Of a stretch of 64,000 nt of DNA, positions 1 through 12,820 are shown piece after piece. Below the pieces are notes generated by a model. The model was not told where the DNA came from and searched no databases. It was given only the letters and a program-made list of their open reading frames with translations. Origin of the DNA: Malacoraja senta (lineage: Eukaryota). The first letter of the stretch is position 1, and each line of letters opens with the position of its first letter. The stretch is from positions 57,040,001-57,104,000 of the forward strand of contig CM075982.1 in assembly GCA_038087875.1 (NCBI GenBank), written 5' to 3'. Position numbers and translations under genes: made by a program.

Positions 1-882
1 AAGACTGGAAGAATTCAGAAGGAGTGAAGCAGCATCTTGACCTGAAACTTCGACCCACCTTTTGCCTCCACTGCTGAATTTGTTCAATGTTCTGCTCTTT
101 GTTCTAGGCAACTCAGACTGTTTTGCATTAATGGTTTCTCTGTACTGTATTGATTCAATCAATACCGTAGGCCTGGAGGTTTGAGAGGGGGATGAGGGGG
201 ATACTGCCTCGTTAACAGACCAAAGGTATATTACAAAACCCATCATCTATTAGAACATCGTTCTGAGATTTTAATAGTGTGGATGTAAATTATATTTGTA
301 ATAAAGCAGTGTAATCAACAAATTTTACTGTACTCATTCACCAGGTGTTGGCAAGGCTTTAAACCATAGGAGACTGGTAACGGTTAGGATTGCTTTAACT
401 TCCACACAGTAGCAGTGTGTTTCAAGTTCTGGTGAGAGTGTCGACAGACAGAATAAATGAGGCAATGAGTTGGTAATACTCCACAGGTCCCACAAAACGA
501 TCCACCCAATTAGAATGTAAATTCAAATATGGGTGATCCATAATGTGGTCTTGCATTCCCTATCGCGGAGCCAAAACCAATTCACAAAATGAAAAAAATA
601 CAACCCAGAAATTTGGAAATTTGCAGCAAACATAAGGAAATATTATTGAAAGTTCTGTGACAAAACGTTTCTCTCTCCACAAGTCTCACCTCATTTACTT
701 AATATTTCCCACATTTCCTGTATTCATAACACCAGCAGAAAAAAATTGAATGAAAGCCATAATTGCTCACCAGTGCCAAAATATGCCCCCTCCCATAAAC
801 ACCCAAAGATGTCTCGGAGTGTACATACAGTGTAGAGCCTATCTCGGGATATCTGGGGACAGAAGGTCTAGAACTGGAACAA

Positions 883-1199
883 GGGCGACACGGTGGCGCA
901 GCGGGAGAGTTGCTGCCTTTCAGCGCCCGAGACACGGGTTCGATCTCGACTACGGGTGCCGTCTGTATGGAGTTTGTACGTCCTCCCCGCGACCGGGTGG
1001 GTTTTCTCCGAGATTTTCAGTTTCCTCCCACACTCCAAAGATGTACAGGTGTGTAGGTTAATTGACTGGTATAAGTTTAAATTGTAAAATTGTCCGTTGT
1101 GTGTGTGTGTGTGTGAGATAGTGTGCAGGGATCGCTGGTCTTTGCGGACTCGGTGGGCCGAAGGGCCTGTTTCCACGCTGTATCTCTAAACTACACTAA
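883..1199 (+). mobile_element. HE1-like tRNA-derived V-SINE, full length
   Basis: A-box-like GGTGGCGCAGCGG, B-box GGTTCGATC, V core TTTCCTCCCACACTCCAAAGA, CR1-type tail GGGCCGAAGGGCCTGTTTCC...TAAAC. Confidence 0.9.
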
Positions 1200-2177
1200 G
1201 TATTATGCAGAGTATCCATTTTTAAAGTTAACCGCAACTTTTTGTTTTTGAACCATATATCTCTATTATCTTAACATTAAAGCTTCTGGAATCGCTGGTA
1301 CATTTGACGCCCAACTTCCATGTCCCGAAGGATGTCATAATACCCAGGATGGGAAGACAATAAAATCCATGCACCCTTACAGTTATTCCCCTCTATTTTA
1401 CTTTGTGCAAGCACCTCACTTAATCTGTTCAACAAGGGACTACTCAGAAGGCCAGAAGTAGCCCCAGGGAGATCCCACCCATTGACAAATGCTCTCTTAG
1501 AGCTGATGTAACTATGTCTGAGAGCAGAGTTATTAGCTGCCTGCAGTAGCGGCCCTGCAGCCAGTCTGTGGAGCAGTAGAGCAGAACAAGCTGAATCTTT
1601 AACAAACAAGAGACCTCTGTTCTTGCTGGGATGTCATGCGCATTTGGATTTTCCTCCATTAGGGCAAAAATCAGACTTCGGAAAATGCCTCGTACTATGT
1701 TAAAAACTGCCTTGACCAAATTTTGATGAACAAGAATGGCCAAACTGAACTTGGTCCACTAGAAGATTCTGTTCTCCATTTGGCTATGAACGGCAGCCAA
1801 ACGATTTTGAATTCAGCCCCGAGGGAATGCTGCCCAATTGGAGGTGTCCTCTTTCAGATGAGGTATCAACCAAAATTCTGTCTTCCCCTCGGGTAATGTT
1901 GAAAGATAGATTGGCATTATTCAAAGAGCTGAGTGCTTTGTAATGCATCTGTATGTACACTATATTCCGCACTCCGATTTCTCTTTTGCACTACCTATTG
2001 TACTTATGGTTTGATTGTACTCGTCGTGCATGGTATGATTGCCTGGTTGGCATCCAAAACAAAGTTTTGTTACACTGTATCTCAATGCATTTGACAGCAA
2101 TAAGCCAAAAAAATACTAGTCAGTAGAACTAACAATAGTGGCTGCTCATTGTACACCACATCCAAATGAGCCAAGAC

Positions 2178-2605
2178 TCAAGGGTCTGAGCTATAGGGAG
2201 AGGTTGAGCAGACAAGGATCTACTCCTTGGAGCGCAGGAGGATGAAGGGTGATCTTATAGAGGTATACAAATCATGAGTGTAATAGATCAGGTAAACGCA
2301 CAGTCTCTTCCCCAGTGTATGGGAATCGAGAACCAGAGGATATAGGTTTAAAGTTGGCAGGGAAAGATTTAATAGGAACCCGAGGGGCAACTTTTTTTTT
2401 TTTACAAAAATGGTAGTGGGTGTGTGGAACGAGTTGCCAGACCAGGTAGTTGAGGCAGGTGCTATCGTGACATTTAAGAAACATTCAGACAGGTGCATGG
2501 ATAGGATAGCTTTAGAGAATTAGGGGTAGGAGGGACTAGTGTGGATGGGACATGTTGGTCGGTGTGGGCAACTTGGGCCGAAGGGCCAGTTTCCACGCTG
2601 TTAGA
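2178..2605 (+). mobile_element. CR1 (HER1-like) LINE 3' fragment
   Basis: GLSYRERL...YSLERRRMKGDLIEVYK-type C-terminus plus the 3' tail shared with the SINE. Confidence 0.9.
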
Positions 2606-2759
2606 CACTAGTAAGTCACAAGGGGCTGAATTTTGTAGCGAAGCGGACGGAGGCTGTTACTATTACATAATGTGTGTAGCACTAGCAACCAAGGATATCT
2701 TTCTAAATAGAAAGGTCTTGTCGATTTCTAAATCGATTTTAATTCCTCAACCAAAACTT

Positions 2760-2975
2760 AAAATAAAAACCACAAAATTATTGGAAACACTCAGGAGGTC
2801 TGGCTGCATCTGCACAGCAGCAGAGGATTGATGTTTCAGGTTGTTAATCTGTCATCAGGTTATACAGCTAGGTCATTGGCTTGAAAGCATTGTCTGTTTC
2901 TCTCTCCACAGATGCTGCCCAACCCACAGAATGTGCTGGAAACAGTTTTTAATTTGCATTTCCAGCATCTGCAGA
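2760..2975. mobile_element. Old Penelope terminal-repeat inverted pair
   Basis: GCTGCATCTG...CAGATGCTGC inverted arms and CCAGCATCTGCAG terminus. A similar degraded copy lies at about 590-735. Confidence 0.6.
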
Positions 2976-4751
2976 GAGAGAGAGTGTGAGTGTGAGTGTG
3001 AATGTGTGTGTGTGTGTTTTCATCTACTAAGCAAATGCACTAGAATATCTCCAGTAAAAACTCTCCGGATTGAGCAGCATTGCTCACACTCTTTTCACAA
3101 TACAGGATGCTGACGTGGCTTTTTTAACAGTTGTGTTTTCGTCTTCCCAACAGCAGTGAGGTGGATTTGGATCACAACAGCAAGAACCTAGTCGCAGGGA
3201 GCCTGCTTCTCCACCATCAGGAATGGGAGCAGCTGGTTGGGAAGCAGGGCCAGGATTCGTGTGGTCAGGGCCCTCTCAAAGTAAGGATCGTCATGCAGAA
3301 ACTGCTGGAGAATTAATCTCATTGAGCACAATCCATTGTTAACCTCTGTGGGATATTTCCCAGCAATTTAGATCTGCAAGAAAAGCTGGAGCAGAACTTC
3401 TTCCTTCCATCATCCAGTTTCCTAACTGCAGTGAATCCATCCTCCAATGTTGTGGCATGAGTTCAAATACATGTTGCATGGTGACTAACACCATTGCTGT
3501 TGAGTTCAGTGAACTCCATAAACAGGCGCATTAAATCTGACAGGTCCTTGCGATTCAACCTACCATGATCTGTAGTCCATGCTGGCAAACATTGATCATT
3601 TCAGAGAACCATGTTTAACTAATTAAGTTGCACACTGTGTTAAAGATGCATTTCCTTATTGAATTGCTAGATCAGGGAGCTTGGTGCAAGGAGTTAATTA
3701 TCCATTTTCCACATCCAAGTAATTGGAGCCAACTCTCATCATCAACTTTCCAGAGTATCGGTTTCATGCATTGGGCCAAAATATAGATTTCCTATGTGCA
3801 TTAAGCTTAATTATTCATCGACAGTGAATAACAAATCAAAAAGAGCTGGCACAAATCAACACTTGTGTCTGACCGACTGTACAAAGCACAATGTGCATTT
3901 ATAAAAGTATCTTCAATGTGAACAATTTTCATGACCCAATAGGTTCTTCACAAGAGAAAATATCAATTCAACGTAATACCAAAACTAGAGGATATCTTGA
4001 GTGGAGATGATCAAAGACATGGTCAATAAGGGAACATAGTCAACAGTTTGAAAGAAAATGCAGAGTATTGTTAAACTAGGATCTTGGCATGTCTGAAAAC
4101 ACACCCGACCAACAGCAGAGGTAGGGAAAGCAATGCTCAAAAGGTTAAAGGTTGCAAGAACAGAATGTGGTAGGGTTAGCAGAAGTTAGAGGGGGAGGAA
4201 GAAGAGGCCACGGTAAGATTTGAACACAAATGTCAAACTCAAGTCTAGGGTAGACCAGCCATGGTGATATTGAATGGTGGAGCAGGCTTTGGAGGCCAAG
4301 GTGCCTCATCCCACTCCTTTATTGTTGAAGTCTTTGGTGGAATGGGAGTCAGTAAAGATTGGTGAGCAATCAGTAACTTGATTCATGCATAAAAATAATT
4401 CTTGGAGGGGTAGCGAAAGTTCACAGTACAGAATGCAAACTGGCCCATCACACACATACGAAGTCTGAGATGTGGATGCCTTATACGTGCACCCACACTA
4501 GAACCTGTTACCACAAGAAAATAGAAGCATTAATAGACCACCAGGCTCCTCAGGTCTGCCACACCATTCATCGACCACGTCTGGTCCACCCCAGACTCCT
4601 TGTGTCAATTCCTTGAATTTTCAAATAATTGTCTCCACCTTAAATATATCTTTACTATATTGTTAATGCTAACAAAAATATCACCAGAGATGAACATTTT
4701 GTAGCACCAAGAATTACGCAGATTACCAATGATGGAGACGACAACATTTCT

Positions 4752-4912
4752 TCCAAAGACATAGAGGTTCGTAGATTAATTGGCTTGGTGTATGTGTAAA
4801 AAAATTGTCCCTAGTATGTGTAGGATAGTGTTAATGTGCGGGGATCGCTGGTCGGCACGGACCCGGTGGGCCGAAGGGGCTGTTTCCGCGCTGTATCTCT
4901 AAACTATACTAA
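4752..4912 (+). mobile_element. HE1-like SINE, 5'-truncated
   Basis: Matches the 3' half of the copy at 883-1199. Confidence 0.9.
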
Positions 4913-5284
4913 GATCTAAAGTGTGGGTTTTAAAAGATGACTGGTAACTATTACTGCTAAAGAGTGTGTTTTGCCTCTCTTGCCAATTTACACTGGGGTT
5001 AAGAAGTGGTGCCAGCACCATTAGCAATGGACAGCAGGTGCTTCAGCTGCCCATGTGTCTTCCACTCAATATCCAGACAGGTTACCATGACAAAGTCACC
5101 CCTCATGCCTCCACCTGCCAGAAGCAGGCGGATACAGCAATCCGCCTGCTGATGGGATAGAGCAGGATTAAACAAAGGGTTTCATTACCTCCATGTAATC
5201 TGAGAATTGGCATGGCATCCAAGTCTCACCTCCACAAAAGGCAGCAAGCACTGTTCTCTGGCATAAAGCTGGTACATAATCTAC

Positions 5285-5460
5285 CTTGAAAAGGTATTTA
5301 TAATCAAATGAACAGGCACGTTATTCAAACTGAACACCATCCTCTGCATCAGAACAGGCACAGGCAATAGAAATTGCAGATCGCGATTTCTTGACCAGAT
5401 CCTCGATATCACAAAATCGTTGAGTAACGCTGCTAGGAGGCTGATTGACCCACCATGGCT
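5285..5460 (-). other. Candidate internal exon (176 nt), 5'UTR or coding
   Basis: Acceptor catatttag|AGCCATGG at 5461/5460 and donor AAG|GTAGAT at 5285/5284. Retains CpGs within AT-rich flanks; one frame is fully open (SHGGSISLL...IINTFS). Confidence 0.5.
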
Positions 5461-5654
5461 CTAAATATGTACATTTAAAGAAATGTGATTTATTGCATTT
5501 GCTAGTCAAAAACAAAATCATTAAAAATTTAATATTTTAAGAATTCTTGAGGAAGGGAACTGGAATAGATAGGTGTTCAATACCAAATTATTAATAAATA
5601 ACTTTAAAAGATTACTTTATTGCAAAAAGCACAGGAGAAGGCTAATCATCTTAT

Positions 5655-5915
5655 CAGGTTTATGTTAACTTCCAGCAGAACAATCTCATCAGACCTTTCT
5701 TTTTCCCATCAGTTCATCAACCATTTACTTACTCTAAAAGGGTATTTTGGTATAAACGGTTAATTTACTATCAGATCAGAGTGTGGGAGTAAACCATGCC
5801 AGTTGGTGGAATCTCACATGGTCACAGGGAGAACATGCAAAATGCACAAGGACAAAAGTTTTAATCCAAGTCGCTGGAATTGAGACAACAGCACTAACTG
5901 CTGCTTGTGTTGCAC
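5655..5915 (-). mobile_element. Old diverged V-SINE
   Basis: GTGTGGGAG...GGTCACAGGGAGAACATGCAAA core in reverse orientation. Confidence 0.65.
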
Positions 5916-6174
5916 AGATTTACAGTAAGTAAAATAAATAATAATTAACTTATTCACAGCTTTCGGCTCTTCATATGTTGGACTTTGATAGCCTTCATAC
6001 TTTAAGAGTTTGGTTTCTCATTACCCAAACATCTCATGAAAAAAACAAAACTCACAGATTATCTAGAATCCCAAGATGTCCTGGACATTGTTTCCCATTA
6101 GCTAGGCACACATGGAAATTTGTCTCACTCTTTTCCCCAGTCTCCAAACTAAGCAGACGTCCAAAATCTTGAAA

Positions 6175-6530
6175 GTAGACACAAGGAACTACAGACGCTG
6201 GTTACCAAAAGTGCTAGAATGACTCAGCGGATCAGGCGGCATCTCTGGATAGGTGATGTTTTGAGTCGGGACCCTTCTTCAGACTAGCTGTAGTGGGGAG
6301 AACTCCAGTAAGATGGAAAAGATGTGGAACAGGACACGGTCTGGCAAGTGATAGGTAGATAGAGGAAGAGAACTTCTTCAAATTCATAATACCTCAAGAA
6401 GATTTCGCAGTGGAGCAGTAAAATGTAGACACAAGGAATTGCAGATGTTGGTCACACAATGTGCTGGAGTAATTCAGTGGGCACCATGGCTGGAAGATAT
6501 AGATAGGCGACGCTTTGAGTTGGGATCTTT
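6175..6530 (-). mobile_element. Two tandem Penelope terminal-repeat fragments
   Basis: GTAGACACAAGGAA(C/T)T..CAGA.G.TGG at about 6175 and 6425; degenerate hammerhead reverse complement at 6254-6282. Confidence 0.75.
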
Positions 6531-6596
6531 GACATCTATTATAAATGGACAATTTTCAGGATATGGAGACAGAATGTTGGAAGTGCAGTCTCTTCA

Positions 6597-7006
6597 GGCC
6601 CATTCTTAGTCATGTGTGTGACCCAAAAAAATGAAAATTGTGGAATACATCTATTCTAATTCTGAAAGCATTACAGGCATATTGTTTTGTACTGTATATT
6701 TGATTCATATATTTTTTTAAAGTTTATCAAGTGAAATTTTTGTAATGCTGACAATGTTTGTTTAGGGTCAGAGGTCAAATATGACCTCACACGGAAGCAT
6801 TTTTTTTCATAAGTTTTATCTTACAAACTCTGAATTTTAAAAAGCTAGAATGTTCATCTCTTCAGCAGACATGCATTATAATCCTGTAGTAGGAACATAA
6901 CAATGAATAAGATTAATCTCTTCCAATAATTTTTTAATGTATTAATTTATGTGATGCCATCGGGTCACGTGTGTGACATTTTGGTTCACTTTCCAAAGAA
7001 TGGCCC
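6597..7006. mobile_element. Non-autonomous DNA transposon (MITE), Sola2-like
   Basis: TIRs GGCCCATTCTT / AAGAATGGCCC, subterminal inverted GTCA...GTGACCC motif, 4-bp TSD TTCA at 6593-6596 and 7007-7010. Confidence 0.7.
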
Positions 7007-7766
7007 TTCAGAACAACTGTCCAGAGTATCACTGCTTAATATCAAAAGTAATCATGAAACTATATTTAAAATTAAATATACAGAAAACTTCTCATTAACC
7101 CAGCATGTCTAATAATTGATTTACTTTAATAAAAATAGATCAGAAGTACAATTTCATGCAGTTTCCTTGAAATTAGTTTAATGCAACTTCTAGCCTTCCT
7201 CGTCAATTGTGCTCGCTCACATCACTCTCAGAGGCTGTGTTGAAGCAACAAGATGCTGTATTGATTTAGAGTTAACATTATCAGCTGCTTGTTCTCTTAT
7301 CTTGTTGCACTCTTGCACTGGAAAGCAGCAAATATCCTTATCTACTCTCACCACCTTCAAACAAACCTCGTGGAACAGATATACTGGTAACACTGAATCA
7401 TCAAAATTTAAGGGAAAAAAACAGCTAAACTATTTTGGCAAACTCAAATTCAAAACTCATGGAGGTAAATTCTTCATGACATGCACTTGCCTCACCATGA
7501 AGACTCTTAACTGGAGATCAATAAGACTCCTCCATCCATGTTATCAAGTTAGGTTTACCAAGTTTGCATGCATACTGGCTACCTACACTTGCAGAAATGT
7601 GCTCATGTCTCTCTAGAGCCAAGCAATGACTCCTTCATTTGCTGAGCTCACCAATGTTACAGCACCTCAGTTTGGTGGGAGAACAATGCTGGACATATCT
7701 TGTCACAATTTCAGAAAAGATTAGCATATATGAAAATTACTTGTTTTAGATTTCACCTAGACCTCA

Positions 7767-8050
7767 AGAGATACAGCGTGGAAACAGGCCCTTCAGTACA
7801 CCTAGTCCACGCCAACCAGCGATCACACCATACACTAGTTCTATCCTACACACTACGGACAATTTACAATTTTTACCGAAGCCAATTAACCTGCAAACTT
7901 TGGAGCGTGGGAGGAGACTGGAGCATTGGGAGAAAATCCACACGGTTACAGGGAGAACATACAAACTCCATACAGAGAGCACCCGCAGTCAGGATCGAAC
8001 CCGGGTCTCTGGCGCTGTTAGGCAAAAACTCTACCGCTGCGCCACTGTGC
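7767..8050 (-). mobile_element. HE1-like SINE
   Basis: Reverse complement of the family seen at 883-1199. Confidence 0.9.
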
Positions 8051-9149
8051 ACGCAAGCTTTGGCCTGTTTGGCCTGTTCTAAATGTGCTCATCGGAGTCA
8101 TTGTCAGCAATTATAACAAATCGAGACTGGCAGAATGAATTTGGGATTTCATGGTGGCATTAAGGTGGCATCTCCCCATAGGAGAAAGCTCTTGTTGAAC
8201 CGTCACAACGGCATAATGGCCCCTCTCTGTGCTACAGGATTCCACAAATTTTATCCAAGCCTGACCCTGCATCTTTGTGAACGGCAAATAGGGCAAGAAA
8301 CAAAGCTGATGATGGCAGTATTGGAAACAAACTGGACTGGAAAGGCAGGGTACGGGATTTGGGGAAGGAGAAGGAACAGACTATGAAGCAACAACATGCA
8401 TCAGTACACTTCTTTCAGTGTACTGTAGTTGTGCTGATTACATCAAGACAGTAGTGTCATATTACCAAACAAAACAAAACTGACTTTGTGAATATAATTG
8501 CTGGCAAAATGCATGTTTGAAGACAGAGCACTTTATTCAAAGAAGAAAAACCAGATACCACAGATGCCAGAGCTAGTTCCAAGTAAACAAACCAGATACT
8601 TGTTGCCACACAACAGCACAATGTCTAGACATACCGTGAGAGGGAGAGAATATGGAATACAATAGCAGGTTGTGAACCGCATTTGATACGTCGTGCTAAG
8701 GAACTGCTGGTGGGTTGGTCACCTGTACAGGGGAGAGGCTCAGAAATGCTTGAACAGCATGAGCGAATTTGTGCATAATCGTGGTGTTGAGTAACATTCT
8801 GCACTTAAATAAATGTTGACATTTGAATGGAACTTTGAGAGTGCGTTCTATTCTCAGTCAGATGTTTCGGGTACGCAGAGAGGCAAAGGTGGTGCTGGAT
8901 TGAAGGGGATCCACAGACTTAATGCTGCCTGAACTGGATCCCTGATGGTCGATCGACAAGAGATTTGTGTGTTAAAGTGATGGTGCAGAACATTTGCAAG
9001 CTATTAACTTTCAAAGCACGAGTTAGGACAAATCTAGAGGCAGGTCTGTCCATAGAGGAGGCTGCTTCCTTGACTTAGTGATCATTTAATGAAAAGATTC
9101 ATAAGTTTATTTGAGTGTTAGTGAGAAACTGCTATCGGCAGTGTCATTA

Positions 9150-9265
9150 CGTCATAAGGAATTGGAGTGGAATTAGGCCATTCGGCCCATCAAGTCTACT
9201 CCACCATTCAATCATGGCTGATCTATCTCTCCCTCCTAACCCCATTCTCCTGCCTTCTCCCCATA
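9150..9265 (-). mobile_element. CR1 3' tail fragment
   Basis: AGGCCATTCGGCCC...CCATTCAATCATGGCTGATCTATC. Confidence 0.8.
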
Positions 9266-11329
9266 ACGTCTGTGGTGTCGGGAAACCACGGATGAAAATG
9301 CAACTGTTGTTTATTAGCTGCTAAAGAAGCTCTCAGGAGGCCCGATGCAAATGGCTGGCACAATCACTAAATAAATATGGAACTTTGAACATTTGTGTTA
9401 ATATTGAACAGGAGGTTAATAATCTCTTGCATGAAATGGCCATGGTTGGACAATAAGCTGATCATGTCAGAGAGCCTGGCAACCGGCAGAGTAATGATTG
9501 GTGGCACATTACAAGCAGCTGCGGTGGAAGTCTAAAGCTTTAGAGACTAAGCTGCCGGCACGACAATGACGGTTTGCACTGTGATTTCAACACATGTGCC
9601 AGGGAGCTGATGGGACACACTGGGAGGAAGGGTCAGATGGGAGGTTGCAGCAGGTGGTATGGCAGTAATGAGGGTTGAAAAGTGGGAAGATCCAACTCAC
9701 ACAACATCGAACCTCAGTTGCTACATGGGAACTACAGAAGAGGATCACAGGGCCATTCACTGGACGTAAAACAGATATGGGGGAAAAGAAAATCAAGCAA
9801 TCAGAAGAAAGGGAGTGAACATTAAGTTTGAACATGGTACTACGTCAGTGTAATTGATTTTGTATATTGTACTTGTATGATTGTGCCTATGTGTTGTAAG
9901 ATTATTTACTGAATTGTAAGCAAAAAAGGAATTTCACTGTACCTAGGTACATGTGACAATAAAGTATCATTGAAGTTTGCAAGATTACCAAAAAACATGA
10001 AGACGGCTAACCTAGTGACAAAGGTTAATGGAGAAAAGGTGGCAAAAACAGTGTCAGTCAAACACAACAGTAGAAATTAAATGTAACACTGGAGGGAGGG
10101 ATATGGATGGAAGAGGAAAGGAGGGAGGGGAAAGAAGGGGGAATAATAGAGAAATGTGGGACTCCGGGATTAAAGATGACATGGAGATGGGGAAAGGAAC
10201 AGGGTGGTTAACTGGCTGGAGGGAGAAAAAACAAAACAACCTATCATTGTAGGTATTGAAATTGTATTAAATAATCTGCTATTTTCTTTGATCTTAAGAG
10301 TATAAATGTAAAATGCACTTTGGGTTTCCGAGATTCTACTGAGACAGGGAGAGGCATTTAGGCCAGTTATAGGCGGACTTAATGCACTGAGAGGGTGGTG
10401 AAATTATGGAATTCTGTACCACTGAACAGGGTAGAGCCCATGTCACTGAATATTTAAAATATAGGTAGATATCTCGGCATGAAAGGATGTGGGTATAGAG
10501 TGGGAATACGGTATCAACCGTGATTGTTCTGAACGACAGAGAAAGCTTAAAAGGTTTTATTTGTCGGCTTCTTTTATAATCATCATTTGGTGCTTGAAAA
10601 TATAATGGAATGGAATGGAATACTTTATTGTAACATGTGACTAGGCGCAGTGAAATTCTTTGCTTGCATACCCCAATGTATACACATAGCAGCCACCTAC
10701 GGCGCAGACAAAGTTACAAAGCACCCAGCTCCTCCTTTTGTTATCCCACCCCCCACCCCAACATATTATGTCAGGTTGTCAAAAAATTGATTATTCAGCC
10801 AAATTACTGTGTGAATAAGTCCATTGGTGCAGTACATAACTGAAAAGCAGGATATTGCAAGCAGGAACCAAACACCATAGATGCTAGAGAACTGGTTAAA
10901 TACTTGTCACACCCACAGCAATGTGTGGGCAGGCCAGGATTTGAGATCCAAAAAGCAGTAGGTTGTAAATCACCTTAAGCAAATCTTTTACGATTAGGCT
11001 GACCACTCCTTTGGAAGCATAACTCATGATTATGGGAGCAGTAGGTTAATACAAAAGTATTGTGCTGGCGGACTAATACTCTGCAAGAAAGAGTGTTGAC
11101 ATTTGAAGTGAACTTTGCTAGTACAATGTGTTCACAATTAACCTCTAAACAGCAATACTAAAATACCCAGAGTGGTTGTCATGTTGATGGCTAACTACAC
11201 GATACAAACTTCTAGGTGCTTCACACAAATGTTAAGAAAATCAAAAAATGTGTCAAAAACAGAGACACAAGGACACTTAGCCAATGTTTAATAAGTGTCC
11301 TTGTTAGATTTTAAAGGAGCATCTTCAAC

Positions 11330-12820
11330 CTAAATAAATATGCCACTGCCGTCACAGTGCATTAGTAAGTGTACAGAGGAATGTATGTCAAAGAAGACAA
11401 TATACATTTTCCTCAACCTGAAACGACAGATGCATCGTTAGGCCCATTCCCCAGGTGGTCGTGGTCAAAGATCTTTGGTCCTGGTCTGGAGGGTTCAATA
11501 CAAATAATCCTGAGCAGTACATTAAATCTATTTGCAAGCTTCACAAAGCCATCAAGGATGCCAAGAGGGAATTCTGGACCAGGCTAGAGTCACGGAATAA
11601 TCAACTGCACACCCAGCGATTGTGGCAATGCTTGCACGCTAAAATGGGCTACAAAGTTGGGCAGTATCACTGGCAACACCACATCCCTCCTTGACGAGCA
11701 TTCTATACTCACTTTGAACAGAAGATTGGTTGAATGACATCATCCACCTTGACAACCTCGGGTGTTCATGTACCTATGGGAACCATCGCAGATGTCAGAT
11801 CAGCCTTCCTAAGAGTGAACAGGCAGAAAACAACTGGCCTGGATGGACCACATCCCAAGGACCTGCAAAGACCAGCTGGCAAGAATACTCATAGTCATCT
11901 GTAAACTCTCCCTACTCCAATCTAAGATTCCCGCCAGTTCTTAGAAGGCCACTGTCATACCAGTGCCAAAGACAAGTAACACCGCATGCCTTAATGACTA
12001 CTGCCCAATGGCCAGGATATTCAGCATCTTGAATTGTATCAAGAGGCTGGTCATGGCTCACATTAACTACATCCTCCCAGACAGTCTTGATCCACTGCAA
12101 TTTGACTATCATTGGAAAAAGTCCATGGCAGACGTCATCTCCCTGGACCTGTACTCATCCCTGGAAGATCTACATAACAAGGACACCTATGTCATACTTA
12201 TGTTATTAACAATAAATTCCCCCCTCACCATCCTAATCCCAACCAAACGCTTCTTCACACACCTGCATCTAGGAGTTAGCGCTCCATTCAGCCACTAGAA
12301 CCTTGACTTCCTGACCCATAGACTAATGTCAGTGAGGATAGGTGACAAAACATCCTGCACAATAATTCTCAACACTAGTGTCCTAAGGTCCCGCAAGGAT
12401 GCATTCTCGGCAACTTATTATACTCATGACTACATGGGAATATTCTGCATTAACTCCATTTAGAGGTTTACACTGTAGTGGGTTGAATCTCAAACAAGGA
12501 GTACAGAGAGGACACAGAGAGCTTAGTAACATGGTGGAAGGCAACAACCTCTCCCTCAATGGCAGCAAGACAGGGAGCCAGTTGTTGACCTCAGGAAGCA
12601 TCAATGGTGCCAAGTTGGAGATGGCCAAGAGCTTTAGTTCCTAGGCAAAATTTTCAACGACAATTTATCCAGGGCCATTCGTACTGAAGCTACTGCTAAG
12701 GAATCACATCAATTCCAAAGACTAAGGAAGTTCGGCATGTCTAAAACGACTCTTACTAACATCTACAGATGCACCGTAGAGCATCCTATCCTATCACACC
12801 TAGTTTGGGAACTGTTCTGG
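11330..12820 (+). mobile_element. Rex1/Babar non-LTR retrotransposon, degraded RT region
   Basis: ORF 11963-12298 contains CLNDYCPMA...KRLVMAHINYILPDSLDPLQFDY...ADVISL...LHNKDTYV, the Rex1/Babar RT signature; many frameshifts. Confidence 0.85.

Noticed and set aside
883-960. tRNA-like sequences (here and at other SINE heads)
   Set aside because: SINE promoter heads followed by V core and CR1 tail, not functional tRNA genes.
7209-7616. 135-aa ORF
   Set aside because: Non-ATG start, no splice signals or recognisable motif; probably decayed repeat or chance.
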